A program made the translations under genes and the position numbers. The notes beneath the pieces were generated by a model. It ran no database searches, was not told the origin of the DNA, and saw only the letters and a program-made list of their open reading frames with translations. A stretch of DNA of 63,769 nucleotides, filler included, from an uncultured bacterium (GTDB lineage: Bacteria; Auribacterota; CAZIXI01), in the NCBI GenBank assembly GCA_964543115.1. It is 4 parts of 4 records of this genome, joined end to end, with 100 filler letters (N's around TTAATTAATTAA, not from the genome) between each part and the next. Parts side by side here need not be neighbours in the genome. Positions count along the whole stretch, not along the records: positions 48,693 to 63,769 come from CAZIXI010000057.1; 3 more parts are not named here. One strand, 5' to 3'. Within the stretch, counting starts at the first letter, position 1. Each line of letters starts with the position of its first letter. Of this stretch, positions 52,280 to 61,906 are shown one piece after another.

Positions 52280-53092
52280 ATGAGAGAGAAGAGAGTTGCT
52301 GTACTAGGCTGCGGAAACATGGGCGGAGCCATAATTGTCGGAATGATTAAAAAGTTACGTTTGCCTGCCCGCAAAATTTATGTCTGTGATATTGATAAGC
52401 CGCGGTTGCTTAAACTGAAAAAGAGTTTAAAAGTTAATATTGCCGCGGATAACCGGTTGGCCGCCGCTAAAGCAGACATTATTATTCTGGCTGTAAAACC
52501 ACAGCAGATGAAAGCTGTCCTGGAAGAGATCGCTCCCGTTCTTAGGAGAACGCAAATGATTATCTCTATTGCTGCCGGTATTACAACAAAGTTTATCGAA
52601 CGAAGATTAGCGGGAAAAATCCCGGTTATCCGCTCAATGCCCAATACCCCTCTCCAGATAGGTCTGGGGATGACGGTGCTTTGTCGGGGAAAATACGCAA
52701 GCAGGAATAATCTAAAAACAGCCGAGCAATTATTTTCTGCCCTGGGAAAGACTCTTATTGTTGAGAGGGAATCATTGATGGATGCGGTGACGGCGGTGAG
52801 CGGAAGCGGTCCTGCCTATGTCTACCTTTTTGTCGAGGCATTATTAGCTGCCGCCCGGAAACTGGGATTAGCCGATAAGCAGGCGCAGATACTCGTTTCC
52901 CAGACCCTGGCCGGGGCTAATCAGCTGCTGGTCTGCTCCGGGAAGAATGCGGCTGAGTTGCGCAGGCAGGTAACCTCGCCTGGCGGGACAACTGAAGCGG
53001 CTATGCGGGTATTTAGGCAAAAAAGGTTCCAGGCAATAGTCAGCCAGGCTGTTCAGGCTGCCTGCCGGCGTTCAAAGGCATTGAGTAAGTGA
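52280..53092 (+). CDS. proC: Pyrroline-5-carboxylate reductase
   Basis: GCGNMG, LAVKPQ, SIAAG, RSMPNTP, SGSGPAY, VTSPGGTT. Confidence 0.96.
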   Translation: MREKRVAVLGCGNMGGAIIVGMIKKLRLPARKIYVCDIDKPRLLKLKKSLKVNIAADNRLAAAKADIIILAVKPQQMKAVLEEIAPVLRRTQMIISIAAGITTKFIERRLAGKIPVIRSMPNTPLQIGLGMTVLCRGKYASRNNLKTAEQLFSALGKTLIVERESLMDAVTAVSGSGPAYVYLFVEALLAAARKLGLADKQAQILVSQTLAGANQLLVCSGKNAAELRRQVTSPGGTTEAAMRVFRQKRFQAIVSQAVQAACRRSKALSK

Positions 53093-53430
53093 CAGTCTAT
53101 ATCCATTCCAATAATAGCAGCCCCGCGAAGCTTGGGGTGATACCTGTTCGCTCAACAGCTAAGGGTTTTATTCTTAAATTGAAAGTCCAGCCGGGCAGTA
53201 GTCGCAACGAGGTTGCCGGCAGCTGGCAGGATAGCCTTAAGGTAAAAGTAACTGCCCCGCCGGAGGCCGGTAAGGCCAATAAGGCCTGTCTTAACCTATT
53301 AGCACAAGTATTAGGCTTGCCCGCTAAAAACATAGAGATTATTAAAGGCCAGAGGAGTTTATTAAAACAAGTTTGTATATTAGGCATTACGGAACAATCA
53401 CTTAGGCAAGTTTTAGTCAGGTTCAAATAA
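53089..53430 (+). CDS. yggU: DUF167/YggU family protein
   Basis: LKVQPGSSR..LKVKVTAPPEAGKAN..IIKGQRSLLK. Confidence 0.88.
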   Translation: MTVYIHSNNSSPAKLGVIPVRSTAKGFILKLKVQPGSSRNEVAGSWQDSLKVKVTAPPEAGKANKACLNLLAQVLGLPAKNIEIIKGQRSLLKQVCILGITEQSLRQVLVRFK

Positions 53431-53444
53431 CCGCCGCCGGCTTC

Positions 53445-53477
53445 CTTACTCTTTCTTTACTCTTTCTTTACTCTTTC
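53445..53477. repeat. 11-bp pyrimidine-rich tandem repeat (TTTACTCTTTC)x3
   Basis: Direct reading, immediately upstream of the ileS -35. Confidence 0.8.
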
Positions 53478-53480
53478 CCC

Positions 53481-53509
53481 TTGACCGAACATTCTGCTTG
53501 TGCTATCAT
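53481..53509 (+). promoter_or_regulatory. Sigma-70 promoter for ileS
   Basis: TTGACC, 17 bp, TATCAT with extended -10 TG. Confidence 0.6.
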
Positions 53510-53520
53510 CACCCATTCTT

Positions 53521-56331
53521 ATGGACTATAAATCTACGCTCAATTTACCAAAGACCGGTTTTCCCATGAAAGCCAATCTGCCGCAACGGGAACCGGAGTT
53601 TCTTCAAGTCTGGGCCGAAAACGGGATCTATGAAATGATCCGTAAGAAATACTCCGGCCGGCCTCGTTTTGTCCTTCATGATGGTCCTCCTTATGCCAAT
53701 GGTAATATCCATATGGGGCACGTGCTGAATAAGGTACTTAAAGACATAGTCATCAAATATAAAACTATGCGTGGTTTTGATTCTCCTTATGTGCCTGGCT
53801 GGGATTGTCATGGCCTGCCGATCGAATATCAGCTTTTGAAAGAAATGGGAAAAAGTAAACATGATCTGGATAAAGTGCAATTTCGGAAAGAGGCCCGTAT
53901 TTATGCCAGTAAATATGTGGATATTCAAAAAGAGGAATTTAAACGATTGGGAGTGTTCGGCGATTGGGATAATCCCTATTTGACAATGGAATCCGGCTAT
54001 ACAGCTACCATTATTGGCTGTTTCGAAAAGCTTTATAATAAGGGGCTGATTTATCGCGGCCTCAAACCGATTCAGTGGTGCCCTAATTGTGAAACGGCGC
54101 TGGCTGAGGCGGAATTAGAGTATCTTAATCATGTTTCTCCCTCTGTGTTTGTCCGCTTTCCGGTAAAACAGGGATTACCGCCTGCAGCCAAAGACCTTCA
54201 GGGTGTTTCCGTGGTTATTTGGACCACCACTCCCTGGACCATACCGGCTAATTTGGCGGTGGCCATCAGGCCGGAGTATACCTATTCTTTTGTGCAGAAA
54301 GAAAATCCGGCAGAGATTCTTATTATCGCTAAACAACTAGTAGGGCCGGTATTAGAGGCTGCTGGTGTTAATAGTCATAAGCTGCTTTTGGATGTTAAAG
54401 GCAAGGATCTGGAAAAAGTTGTTACCCGTCATCCTTTTATTGACAGAGAATCGCCGATTGTATTTTCCGAGCATGTCACGCTGGAGCATGGTACCGGCTG
54501 TGTTCATACCGCACCCGGTCATGGTGAAGAAGATTTTGAGGTTGGTTCTCAATACGGATTACCGGTGTATACGCCGGTAGATGAAAAAGGCAATTTTGCC
54601 GCTGAAATTGAGCATTTCGGGAAGATGAACGTCTTTAAGGCCAATCCAGCGATCACGGAATTGATGGAGAAAAACGGGGCACTGCTCCATGCCCACAAAA
54701 TTGAACATCCATATCCGCATTGTTGGCGGTGTAAGCAGCCGATTATTTTTCGGGGGACCAGACAATGGTTTTTGGGAGTAGACAGGGATAATCTGCGTCA
54801 GCGTTCACTGGAGGCAATTCAGCGGACTTCCTGGGTCCCGGCAATCGGTGAACGGCGGATCGGCTCGATGGTGATGGGGCGGCCGGACTGGTGTTTGAGC
54901 CGCCAGCGTCTCTGGGGAGTGGCCATTCCGGTATTTTATTGTATGGATTGCGGCACGGAACTGGTTTCCGTAAAGGCCATGGATCATGTGAAGGATCTGG
55001 TGGAGAGAGAAGGATCGGATATTTGGTTTACGAAGACAGCTGAAGAGCTTCTGCCGAGAGGAAGCAAATGCCCGAAATGCGGTAAAAAGAAATTCCATAA
55101 AGAAGAAGATATTATCGATGTCTGGTTTGATTCCGGTACCAGCCATCAGGCGGTATTGGGCCGGCGCAGTGATCAGAATAAACCGGCGGATCTCTATCTG
55201 GAAGGCAGCGATCAGCATCGCGGCTGGTTTCAGACCTCTCTGCTGACGGCCGTCGCCCTGGAAGGAAAGGCCCCGTATCAGGCGGTGCTTACACATGGTT
55301 TTGTTGTTGACGGCGACGGGAGAAAGATGTCCAAATCCCTGGGCAATGTGATTGCCCCTCAGGATATTCTGCCCCGTTACGGGGCCGATATCCTGCGCCT
55401 CTGGGTGGCCAGTATTGATTATAAAGGCGATGTTCCGATTTCCGAAGATATTCTGGGTCAATTAGCGGATAGCTATCGTAAAATGCGGAATACTTTCCGT
55501 TATATTTTGGGTAATTTGAATGATTTTAATCCTGTAAAGGATAGTATCCCGTTAGAACAACTGACAGAGCTGGACCGTTGGGCACTGGGCCGTACCCATC
55601 AACTGCTGAAAAAAGTTACGGGTGCCTATGACACATATCAGTTTCACGAGGTTTACCATTCTGTCTATAATTTCTGTGTTGTTGATTTAAGCGCTTTTTA
55701 TCTGGACATATTGAAAGATAGACTTTATACTTTTGCTGCTAATTCCTATGAACGAAGGAGCGCGCAAACTGCCCTGACAGAGATCCTGAGAGTGCTGATT
55801 CGGATTGTCGCGCCGTTATTGCCGTTCACCGCGGAAGAGATTTGGCGCTATCTGCCGAAAGAGATGAAAGGGCAGGATAGTGTACATCTTGCCGAGTGGC
55901 CGGATCCACAGATGTCCTTAGTGAATCCTATGTTAGAGGCCAGTTGGGGGCAGCTGCTCAAGATTCGCGCGGAAGTACTCAAGGTTCTGGAAGAAAACAG
56001 GCGCCTGGGAACGATAGGCAATTCCCTGGAATCAAGGGTAGAATTACTTCTGGCTAATCCGGAATTAAAGCAGTTCCTAACGGTGTACAGTCCCTTGTTG
56101 CCGGGAATTTTTATTGTTTCTCAAGTAGAGGTAAGTGATTATCAGGCAGATACCCCGGTAGCCAAAGCGGCCAAGCCGGCTGGTGAAGTTTGGGGGCTCT
56201 ATGTTATGGTTAGCAAGGCCAGGGGAAAGAAATGCGTGCGTTGCTGGAACTGGTCAGAAGGTGTTGGGCAGACGGAGAAACATCCTGATATCTGTCCGCG
56301 CTGCGTACAGGTAGTGGAAAGCATTGAATAG
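53521..56331 (+). CDS. ileS: Isoleucine--tRNA ligase (type 1)
   Basis: DYKSTLNLPKT, HDGPPYANG.IHMGH, WTTTPWT, GSDQHRGWF, KMSKS, C-terminal CVRCW..CPRC. Confidence 0.98.
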   Translation: MDYKSTLNLPKTGFPMKANLPQREPEFLQVWAENGIYEMIRKKYSGRPRFVLHDGPPYANGNIHMGHVLNKVLKDIVIKYKTMRGFDSPYVPGWDCHGLPIEYQLLKEMGKSKHDLDKVQFRKEARIYASKYVDIQKEEFKRLGVFGDWDNPYLTMESGYTATIIGCFEKLYNKGLIYRGLKPIQWCPNCETALAEAELEYLNHVSPSVFVRFPVKQGLPPAAKDLQGVSVVIWTTTPWTIPANLAVAIRPEYTYSFVQKENPAEILIIAKQLVGPVLEAAGVNSHKLLLDVKGKDLEKVVTRHPFIDRESPIVFSEHVTLEHGTGCVHTAPGHGEEDFEVGSQYGLPVYTPVDEKGNFAAEIEHFGKMNVFKANPAITELMEKNGALLHAHKIEHPYPHCWRCKQPIIFRGTRQWFLGVDRDNLRQRSLEAIQRTSWVPAIGERRIGSMVMGRPDWCLSRQRLWGVAIPVFYCMDCGTELVSVKAMDHVKDLVEREGSDIWFTKTAEELLPRGSKCPKCGKKKFHKEEDIIDVWFDSGTSHQAVLGRRSDQNKPADLYLEGSDQHRGWFQTSLLTAVALEGKAPYQAVLTHGFVVDGDGRKMSKSLGNVIAPQDILPRYGADILRLWVASIDYKGDVPISEDILGQLADSYRKMRNTFRYILGNLNDFNPVKDSIPLEQLTELDRWALGRTHQLLKKVTGAYDTYQFHEVYHSVYNFCVVDLSAFYLDILKDRLYTFAANSYERRSAQTALTEILRVLIRIVAPLLPFTAEEIWRYLPKEMKGQDSVHLAEWPDPQMSLVNPMLEASWGQLLKIRAEVLKVLEENRRLGTIGNSLESRVELLLANPELKQFLTVYSPLLPGIFIVSQVEVSDYQADTPVAKAAKPAGEVWGLYVMVSKARGKKCVRCWNWSEGVGQTEKHPDICPRCVQVVESIE

Positions 56332-56399
56332 TAACACGACGAGCTTTGTGAACTTCGTTCGTAGTGTTATAAAAATATACAATAAACAGGAGGTAGGTT

Positions 56400-56783
56400 A
56401 TGACGTTGAAAAAGGCTCAACTAAAAGAATTCAGGGATATGCTGCTGGAATGGAAGGAGCGTGTCTATAAAGAGCTGAATCGAATTGAATCTTCCACCTT
56501 AGGCAAGTCTCCGAAGGATTTTGCCGGCGACCTTTCCGGTTATTCACTCCACATGGCAGATGCCGGGACCGATACCTTTGATCAGGAATTCGCCCTTAAT
56601 CTGGCCTCCAATCAGCAGGAATTTCTTTATCAGATAGATGAAGCCCTTAAGAAGATCGATGAGAAGACATATGGAGTTTGTGATGTTTGTCAGAAGGCGA
56701 TTCCGCAAAAACGTTTAAAAGCCCTTCCTTTTGCTCAAAATTGTATTAAGTGTCAGGAAGAGATTGAGAAACGGAAGAAGTAG
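56400..56783 (+). CDS. TraR/DksA C4 zinc-finger transcription factor
   Basis: HMADAGTD, IDEALKKI..YGVCDVC..RLKALPFA..CIKCQ. Confidence 0.9.
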   Translation: MTLKKAQLKEFRDMLLEWKERVYKELNRIESSTLGKSPKDFAGDLSGYSLHMADAGTDTFDQEFALNLASNQQEFLYQIDEALKKIDEKTYGVCDVCQKAIPQKRLKALPFAQNCIKCQEEIEKRKK

Positions 56784-56950
56784 GCTCTCGAGTAGTAAGT
56801 TTTTTAAATCACAAGATTACACTAGATTAAAAAAAGTCTTGTCCTTAAGGTCTGTCCTAAAGGGATGCCAATATAGGAAACATATAGACTGCAAAAAGTC
56901 TCTGAAAATTTTGTAGAATCTGCGGTTCCATAAAGGTGCCATTGCGATAG

Positions 56951-57421
56951 ATGATGATGCGTCTTTTCAAACCTCTTATTGCCCTAATCTTGATTGCCGT
57001 CCTGATTATCTTTGTCGATCAATTGTGGAAGTTTATGGCCCTCAGGGTGCTTGTTTTCGGGCAGGCAGTTCCGGTCATTAAGGGATTTTTTGATCTGAAC
57101 CTGGTTTTCAATACCGGAGCAGCTTTCGGGATCCTTGCCGGGCAGAGACTTCTTTTTCTTATCCTGCCTCTGGTAACTACACTTATTGTTTTAATTATTT
57201 TTGTCAGGGCGCAGAATAAAGCGCAGCTGCTCTGGCCGCTGGGCCTGCTTTTGGGCGGTATTATCGGTAATTTTATCGATCGGGCAAGGTTTGGTTGTGT
57301 AATAGATTTTTTTGATCTCTATTGGCGTAATTACCACTGGCCGGCCTTTAATATTGCCGATACCTGTATTTGTATAGGGGTTATTTTATTATTCTGTCAG
57401 TTGTTAAAAAAAACTAGTTGA
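56951..57421 (+). CDS. lspA: Lipoprotein signal peptidase
   Basis: VDQLWK, NTGAAFG, GNFIDR, VIDFFD, WPAFNIAD. Confidence 0.96.
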   Translation: MMMRLFKPLIALILIAVLIIFVDQLWKFMALRVLVFGQAVPVIKGFFDLNLVFNTGAAFGILAGQRLLFLILPLVTTLIVLIIFVRAQNKAQLLWPLGLLLGGIIGNFIDRARFGCVIDFFDLYWRNYHWPAFNIADTCICIGVILLFCQLLKKTS

Positions 57422-57449
57422 TTTCTGACAGCAGTTATCTGGAAAACAC

Positions 57450-58232
57450 TTGCATCCTGTTTTAGTGCGAATTTTCGGTATCCCAATATATTCCTACGGC
57501 TTCATGCTTGCCGTTTCCTTTCTGGTCTGTATTGTCTTAATGCTGCGGCGCTCTCCGCGGGCGGGAATTGCTCCTCATCATATCCTGGATTTGAACCTTT
57601 TTATTATTATTGCCGGTATTTTGGGTGCCCGGTCACTGCATGTTATTGAGCAGTGGGATTACTATTCTCAAAATCCCCTGGAAATAATAATGCTGCCTAA
57701 AGGAGGATTATCATTTCAGGGAGGTTTTATTGCCGCGGTTTTAGTCGGCTTGATAGTGGCGAAATTGCGCCGTCTGCCGTTGGGGAAAACGATGGATCTT
57801 TTTGTGCTGTATCTCCCTTTGGGAATAGCCATCGGCCGTATTGGCTGTTATTTTAACGGCTGTTGTTACGGTGAACCGGCAGGCGGTACCGCGGGCATTA
57901 TTTTCCCGGCGGTTAGTTCGGCAGCCCAGAAATTTGGCGCGGATATTCCCGTTTATTTTACGCAATTGTACAGTTCCGCGGCTAATCTATGTATTTTTAT
58001 TGTTTTAATGTATATCTATAGAAGTAGAAAACGGCGGCCGGGAAGCTTATTGTTTTACTTCCTCTGTTTTTACGGGATAAGCCGCTTTTTGATAGAGTTC
58101 TACCGGGGAGATAATCCTATTGTCAGGTATGGACTGACAGTTCCCCAGTTTATCAGCCTGTTGATGATAGCAGTGAGCCTGGCCTATTTTCTGTGGAGCA
58201 GATCATGCCGGAACAAAATAAATACAGCTTGA
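57450..58232 (+). CDS. lgt: Prolipoprotein diacylglyceryl transferase
   Basis: YSYG, GAR, GGLSFQGG, GRIGCYFNGCCYG, TQLY, RFLIEFYRGD. Confidence 0.9.
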   Translation: MHPVLVRIFGIPIYSYGFMLAVSFLVCIVLMLRRSPRAGIAPHHILDLNLFIIIAGILGARSLHVIEQWDYYSQNPLEIIMLPKGGLSFQGGFIAAVLVGLIVAKLRRLPLGKTMDLFVLYLPLGIAIGRIGCYFNGCCYGEPAGGTAGIIFPAVSSAAQKFGADIPVYFTQLYSSAANLCIFIVLMYIYRSRKRRPGSLLFYFLCFYGISRFLIEFYRGDNPIVRYGLTVPQFISLLMIAVSLAYFLWSRSCRNKINTA

Positions 58233-59149
58233 TTGTGGAGCCGGATGATGACCAGATGCGGCTGGACCAGTTTCTGGCCTCTATGTTAACCGCGCAATCG
58301 CGATCTTATCTGCAGAAGATTATTAAGCAGGGCAATGTGCTTGTTAACGGCCGGAGGCAAAAGGCGGCAAACAGGGTAAAAACAGATGACCGGGTAGAGG
58401 TGGAGCTGCCGGAGCCGATTCCGCTGGATGTTGCCCCGGAAGAAATCCCGCTAGAGGTCCTGTATGAAGACGAGTATCTGCTGGTGCTCAATAAACAGGC
58501 GGGAATGGTAGTTCATCCGGGTGCCGGCTGCCTGCAGCATACATTGGTTAATGCCCTCCTACATTATTGCGGTGAACAGCTTTCCGGTATCGGTGGTGTG
58601 CTCCGGCCGGGTATTGTTCACCGGCTGGATAAAGATACCTCCGGCTGTCTGGTTGTGGCCAAGGATGACCGGACCCATCGGGAGTTGGCCCGGCAGTTTC
58701 ATGACCGGCAGGTAGAGAAAGAATACCTGGCCCTAGTCAGCGGCTGGCTGAAAGAAATGCAGGGAGAGTTAAGTGCTGCTATCGGCCGTCATCCGAAACA
58801 CCGCAAACGGATGACGGTTCTGCGGGAGGACGGCCGGGAAGCATTTACGGCGTATAATGTAATCGAGCGCTATGAGAAGGCGGGCCTGGTCAGCCTGAGG
58901 CCGGGGACCGGCAGAACACATCAGTTGCGGGTGCATATGGCGCATCTGGGATACCCGATTCTGGGTGATCAGGAATATGGAAAACGCCGGGCGCATTTAC
59001 CGGGCAGGGAGATCCCGCGGCAGATGCTGCATGCCTATAAACTAGCGTTCCATCACCCGGGCAAAGACGAGTGGCAGGAATTTACCGCACCGCTGCCGGA
59101 AGATATGGAGAGTGTGCTGGAATATTTGCGGGGGGAGACGGTACGATGA
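58205..59149 (+). CDS. rluD: RluA-family (RluD-like) pseudouridine synthase
   Basis: S4 domain RLDQFL; LNKQAGMVVHP, HRLDKDTSG, TGRTHQLRVH, QMLHA. Confidence 0.92.
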   Translation: MPEQNKYSLIVEPDDDQMRLDQFLASMLTAQSRSYLQKIIKQGNVLVNGRRQKAANRVKTDDRVEVELPEPIPLDVAPEEIPLEVLYEDEYLLVLNKQAGMVVHPGAGCLQHTLVNALLHYCGEQLSGIGGVLRPGIVHRLDKDTSGCLVVAKDDRTHRELARQFHDRQVEKEYLALVSGWLKEMQGELSAAIGRHPKHRKRMTVLREDGREAFTAYNVIERYEKAGLVSLRPGTGRTHQLRVHMAHLGYPILGDQEYGKRRAHLPGREIPRQMLHAYKLAFHHPGKDEWQEFTAPLPEDMESVLEYLRGETVR

Positions 59150-59772
59150 AATGTCCGTTACCGGAAAAGATAAGTAAAATAGTTGCTGTCGGCCTGAATT
59201 ATACGGATCATGCCGGGGAAATGGGGATGGCCATACCGGCGGAGCCGGTTGTTTTTTTAAAAGCGCCAACTACTATTATTCATTCCGGCGATAATATTGT
59301 TTATCCATCCCAGAGTACCCGGGTGGATTATGAAGCGGAATTGGCGGTAGTGATAAAGAATAAAATTAAAAATATTTCGCCGGAGGAGGCGCGGGCGCAT
59401 ATTTTGGGCTATACCTGCGCTAATGACGTGACGGCGCGGGATCTGCAGCGGCGGGACGGGCAGTGGGCCCGGGCCAAATCATTTGATACATTTTGTCCCT
59501 TGGGGCCGATTGTCACCGATGAGATCGATCCTGATAATGTTGCCCTTAATCTCCGGGTAAATGGTCAATCAAGGCAGTCCGGGCATACCAGTAATTTTAT
59601 TTTTAACGTCTATCAGCTGGTCAGTTTTATCTCTTCCGTGATGACCTTAATGCCGGGAGATGTTATTATTACCGGTACACCGGCCGGCGTGGGACCGTTA
59701 ACGGTAGGGGATTTGGTGGAAGTGGAACTAGCCGGGATTGGTAAATTAACAAACAAAGTGGTGGGTTCATGA
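59146..59772 (+). CDS. Fumarylacetoacetate hydrolase family protein
   Basis: VGLNYTDH, VDYEAEL, NDVTARDLQ, KSFDTFCPLGP, PGDVIITGTPAGVG. Confidence 0.93.
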   Translation: MKCPLPEKISKIVAVGLNYTDHAGEMGMAIPAEPVVFLKAPTTIIHSGDNIVYPSQSTRVDYEAELAVVIKNKIKNISPEEARAHILGYTCANDVTARDLQRRDGQWARAKSFDTFCPLGPIVTDEIDPDNVALNLRVNGQSRQSGHTSNFIFNVYQLVSFISSVMTLMPGDVIITGTPAGVGPLTVGDLVEVELAGIGKLTNKVVGS

Positions 59773-60527
59773 AAGCGCGAGTGACAAAACCGGTATTTGT
59801 GCAAAAGATCTGGGGCGGCCGCTCATTAAAACGGCTTTATAATAAACCTTTGCCCGCGGGTAAAAAAATTGGTGAGAGTTGGGAGCTGTGGAATAGGGCC
59901 GAAAACACGCCGTTTGTCATCAAGCTTCTTGATGTAAAAAAACCATTATCCGTGCAGGTGCATCCGAGCGGGAAAAAGGGTAAGAGTGAGGCCTGGTATT
60001 TTTTAGAAACAGGTAAAACTACCCGGACCGCAGCCGGCCTAGCTAAGAAGTTAAAGAAAAATGATATTAAACCGGCAGCTTGGTCCCGGTTATTGGCCAA
60101 GGGCAGAGTCAGGCCCGGAGATCTCGTTTATCTTCCCGGAGGGACGATCCATACTATTTATCCGCCGGCCGTTATCCTGGAAGTTTCCCAGCCCAAATTA
60201 ATTACCTACCGGCTTTATGACTGGCGCCGCCAGCGCGGGAAATTGGATACGGAGCTTGGGCTAAAGACATTAAAAACAAATAATCGCCCGCGGATTTATC
60301 GCCGGGCCCGGTCCTTTCGCTGTCCGTTTTTTAAGTTAAGGGTAAGGGAATTAGAGCCTGGAAGGCAAGTTAATTTAAAAAGCCGCAAGCTGACAGCCCT
60401 ATTTATTGTTCAGGGAAAGATTAGGATCAATCAGTTGGTTGCTGGGTCCGGTCAAACAGTAGTTATGCCGCGGGCGGCGACTGTAACAGCAATTGGTAAG
60501 ACAAAATTATTAGAGATAACTAGATGA
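59769..60527 (+). CDS. Short type I mannose-6-phosphate isomerase-like cupin
   Basis: IWGG, IGESWE, IKLLD..LSVQVHP, KSEAWY, PGGTIH, ITYRLYDW. Confidence 0.8.
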   Translation: MKARVTKPVFVQKIWGGRSLKRLYNKPLPAGKKIGESWELWNRAENTPFVIKLLDVKKPLSVQVHPSGKKGKSEAWYFLETGKTTRTAAGLAKKLKKNDIKPAAWSRLLAKGRVRPGDLVYLPGGTIHTIYPPAVILEVSQPKLITYRLYDWRRQRGKLDTELGLKTLKTNNRPRIYRRARSFRCPFFKLRVRELEPGRQVNLKSRKLTALFIVQGKIRINQLVAGSGQTVVMPRAATVTAIGKTKLLEITR

Positions 60528-61615
60528 AACGTACGGGAACAATCGATTTACCCCTCCACGGCGGTAAATGCCCGCCCTGGCTCTTCCGTTACATGTCCCG
60601 CCTGTCCGCAGTGCTGCTAGAAGTGATTATCTATGAATACGGCACAGAGGAATTATTGCGGCGGCTAGCCGATCCTTACTTCTTTCAATCCTTAGGTTGC
60701 CTCCTGGGCTTTGACTGGCATTCCTCCGGCTTGACCACCACGGTTTGCGGGGCGCTGAAAGACGGGCTGAAAGGAAAGGAAAAAGCCTTCGGCCTATATA
60801 TTGCCGGCGGTAAGGGGGCCACTTCCCGGAAAACACCCCGACAGATAGTGGATTTTCTGGAGAAGACGAACTGGAGCCTAGAACCGGAGAAATTGGTTTA
60901 TACCAGCCGGATCACCGCCAAGGTAGATAATAATGCCGTTCAGGATGGTTATCAATTGTATCATCATAACCTATTATTTGATAAATCCGGCAGCTGGGCA
61001 GTAATTCAGCAGGGAATGCGCCAGGAAAACTCCTATGCCCGCCGTTATCACTGGTGGAGCGGTGGTGTGAAAAGTTTTGTTATTGATCCGCATCAGGCAA
61101 TTTGCGGCAGTCAGGAACAGCTGGTGCTGGACCTGACCGCCCGGAAAAGTATTCCCGCCCAGGAAACATCTGTCGTCATTGCCCAGGATCATCCTATTAA
61201 AACACTAAAAGAAATAAAAAGGCTGAAGATATCCCGCCTGCCCCGTCACCACCAGGTTTTACTGCAGGACATTAATCCCCAGCGCTTAGAAAGAATATTA
61301 GTGCAGACCTATGAACAAAAATATCCGGATTACGAGCATTTATTGGCGGCACCCGGCGTTGGCCCTAAAACCATCCGCGCCCTGGCGCTTCTTTCCGATC
61401 TGGTGTACGGCAAATCTCCCAGCCGCCGGGACCCGGTGAGTTTTAGTTTTGCCCATGGCGGTAAAGACGGTCATCCCTATCCGGTAAACAGGAAAAACTA
61501 CCAGCAATCCATAGATATTCTTTCCCGTGCCGTTAAAGAAGCCAAACTCGGCCGCAGTGACAAACTCCGTGCCCTGCGACGGCTGTCCCAGGCTTCGCCC
61601 CGCCCTTTTGGGTAA
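60524..61615 (+). CDS. DUF763 domain protein
   Basis: LPLHGGKCP.WL, GFDWHSSG.TT, AVQDGYQLYHH, GVGPKTIRAL, FAHGGKDGHPYPV. Confidence 0.88.
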   Translation: MKRTGTIDLPLHGGKCPPWLFRYMSRLSAVLLEVIIYEYGTEELLRRLADPYFFQSLGCLLGFDWHSSGLTTTVCGALKDGLKGKEKAFGLYIAGGKGATSRKTPRQIVDFLEKTNWSLEPEKLVYTSRITAKVDNNAVQDGYQLYHHNLLFDKSGSWAVIQQGMRQENSYARRYHWWSGGVKSFVIDPHQAICGSQEQLVLDLTARKSIPAQETSVVIAQDHPIKTLKEIKRLKISRLPRHHQVLLQDINPQRLERILVQTYEQKYPDYEHLLAAPGVGPKTIRALALLSDLVYGKSPSRRDPVSFSFAHGGKDGHPYPVNRKNYQQSIDILSRAVKEAKLGRSDKLRALRRLSQASPRPFG

Positions 61616-61714
61616 ATTAATGAAATAAATTTGTATTGAAAAAAGTAATTAAAGAAATGAATATAAACTTTTTTGGTTCAGATATCCAAAAGGGCGGGGC
61701 TTCGCCTGGGACTG
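61583..61714. mobile_element. MITE-like element: 29-bp imperfect terminal inverted repeats around a 74-bp AT-rich core
   Basis: 61583-611 and 61686-714 pair at 25/29; no target-site duplication found. Confidence 0.45.
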
Positions 61715-61758
61715 CTTTAGAGGAATGGATATAGACTGTCCCGCTAGTCTGTTATCTC

Positions 61759-61787
61759 TGGACAAATCAGTAGAACTTTGCTACAAT
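61759..61787 (+). promoter_or_regulatory. Sigma-70 promoter for the 61907 gene
   Basis: TGGACA, 17 bp, TACAAT with extended -10 TG. Confidence 0.6.
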
Positions 61788-61845
61788 ATAGGAATAGAAA
61801 ACAAATCTCTATCGAGATTTAATATATATAATCCACGCATTGCAC

Positions 61846-61891
61846 CTACAACCTACAACCTACAAACTACAAACTAAGAAGCTACAAGCTA
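61846..61891. repeat. Degenerate CTACAA[AC] heptamer tandem repeat in the 5' UTR
   Basis: CCTACAACCTACAACCTACAAACTACAAACTAAGAAGCTACAAGCTA. Confidence 0.75.
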
Positions 61892-61906
61892 AAAAAAGGG
61901 GGAGGT

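Noticed and set aside
50351..53430. pilT next to yggS-proC-yggU as a novel cluster
   Set aside because: This is a widely conserved neighbourhood, and the GPARSGKS variant still fits Walker A.
56784..56950. Riboswitch or ncRNA upstream of lspA
   Set aside because: Only a weak AGACT-GCAAAA-AGTCT hairpin; no recognisable aptamer consensus.
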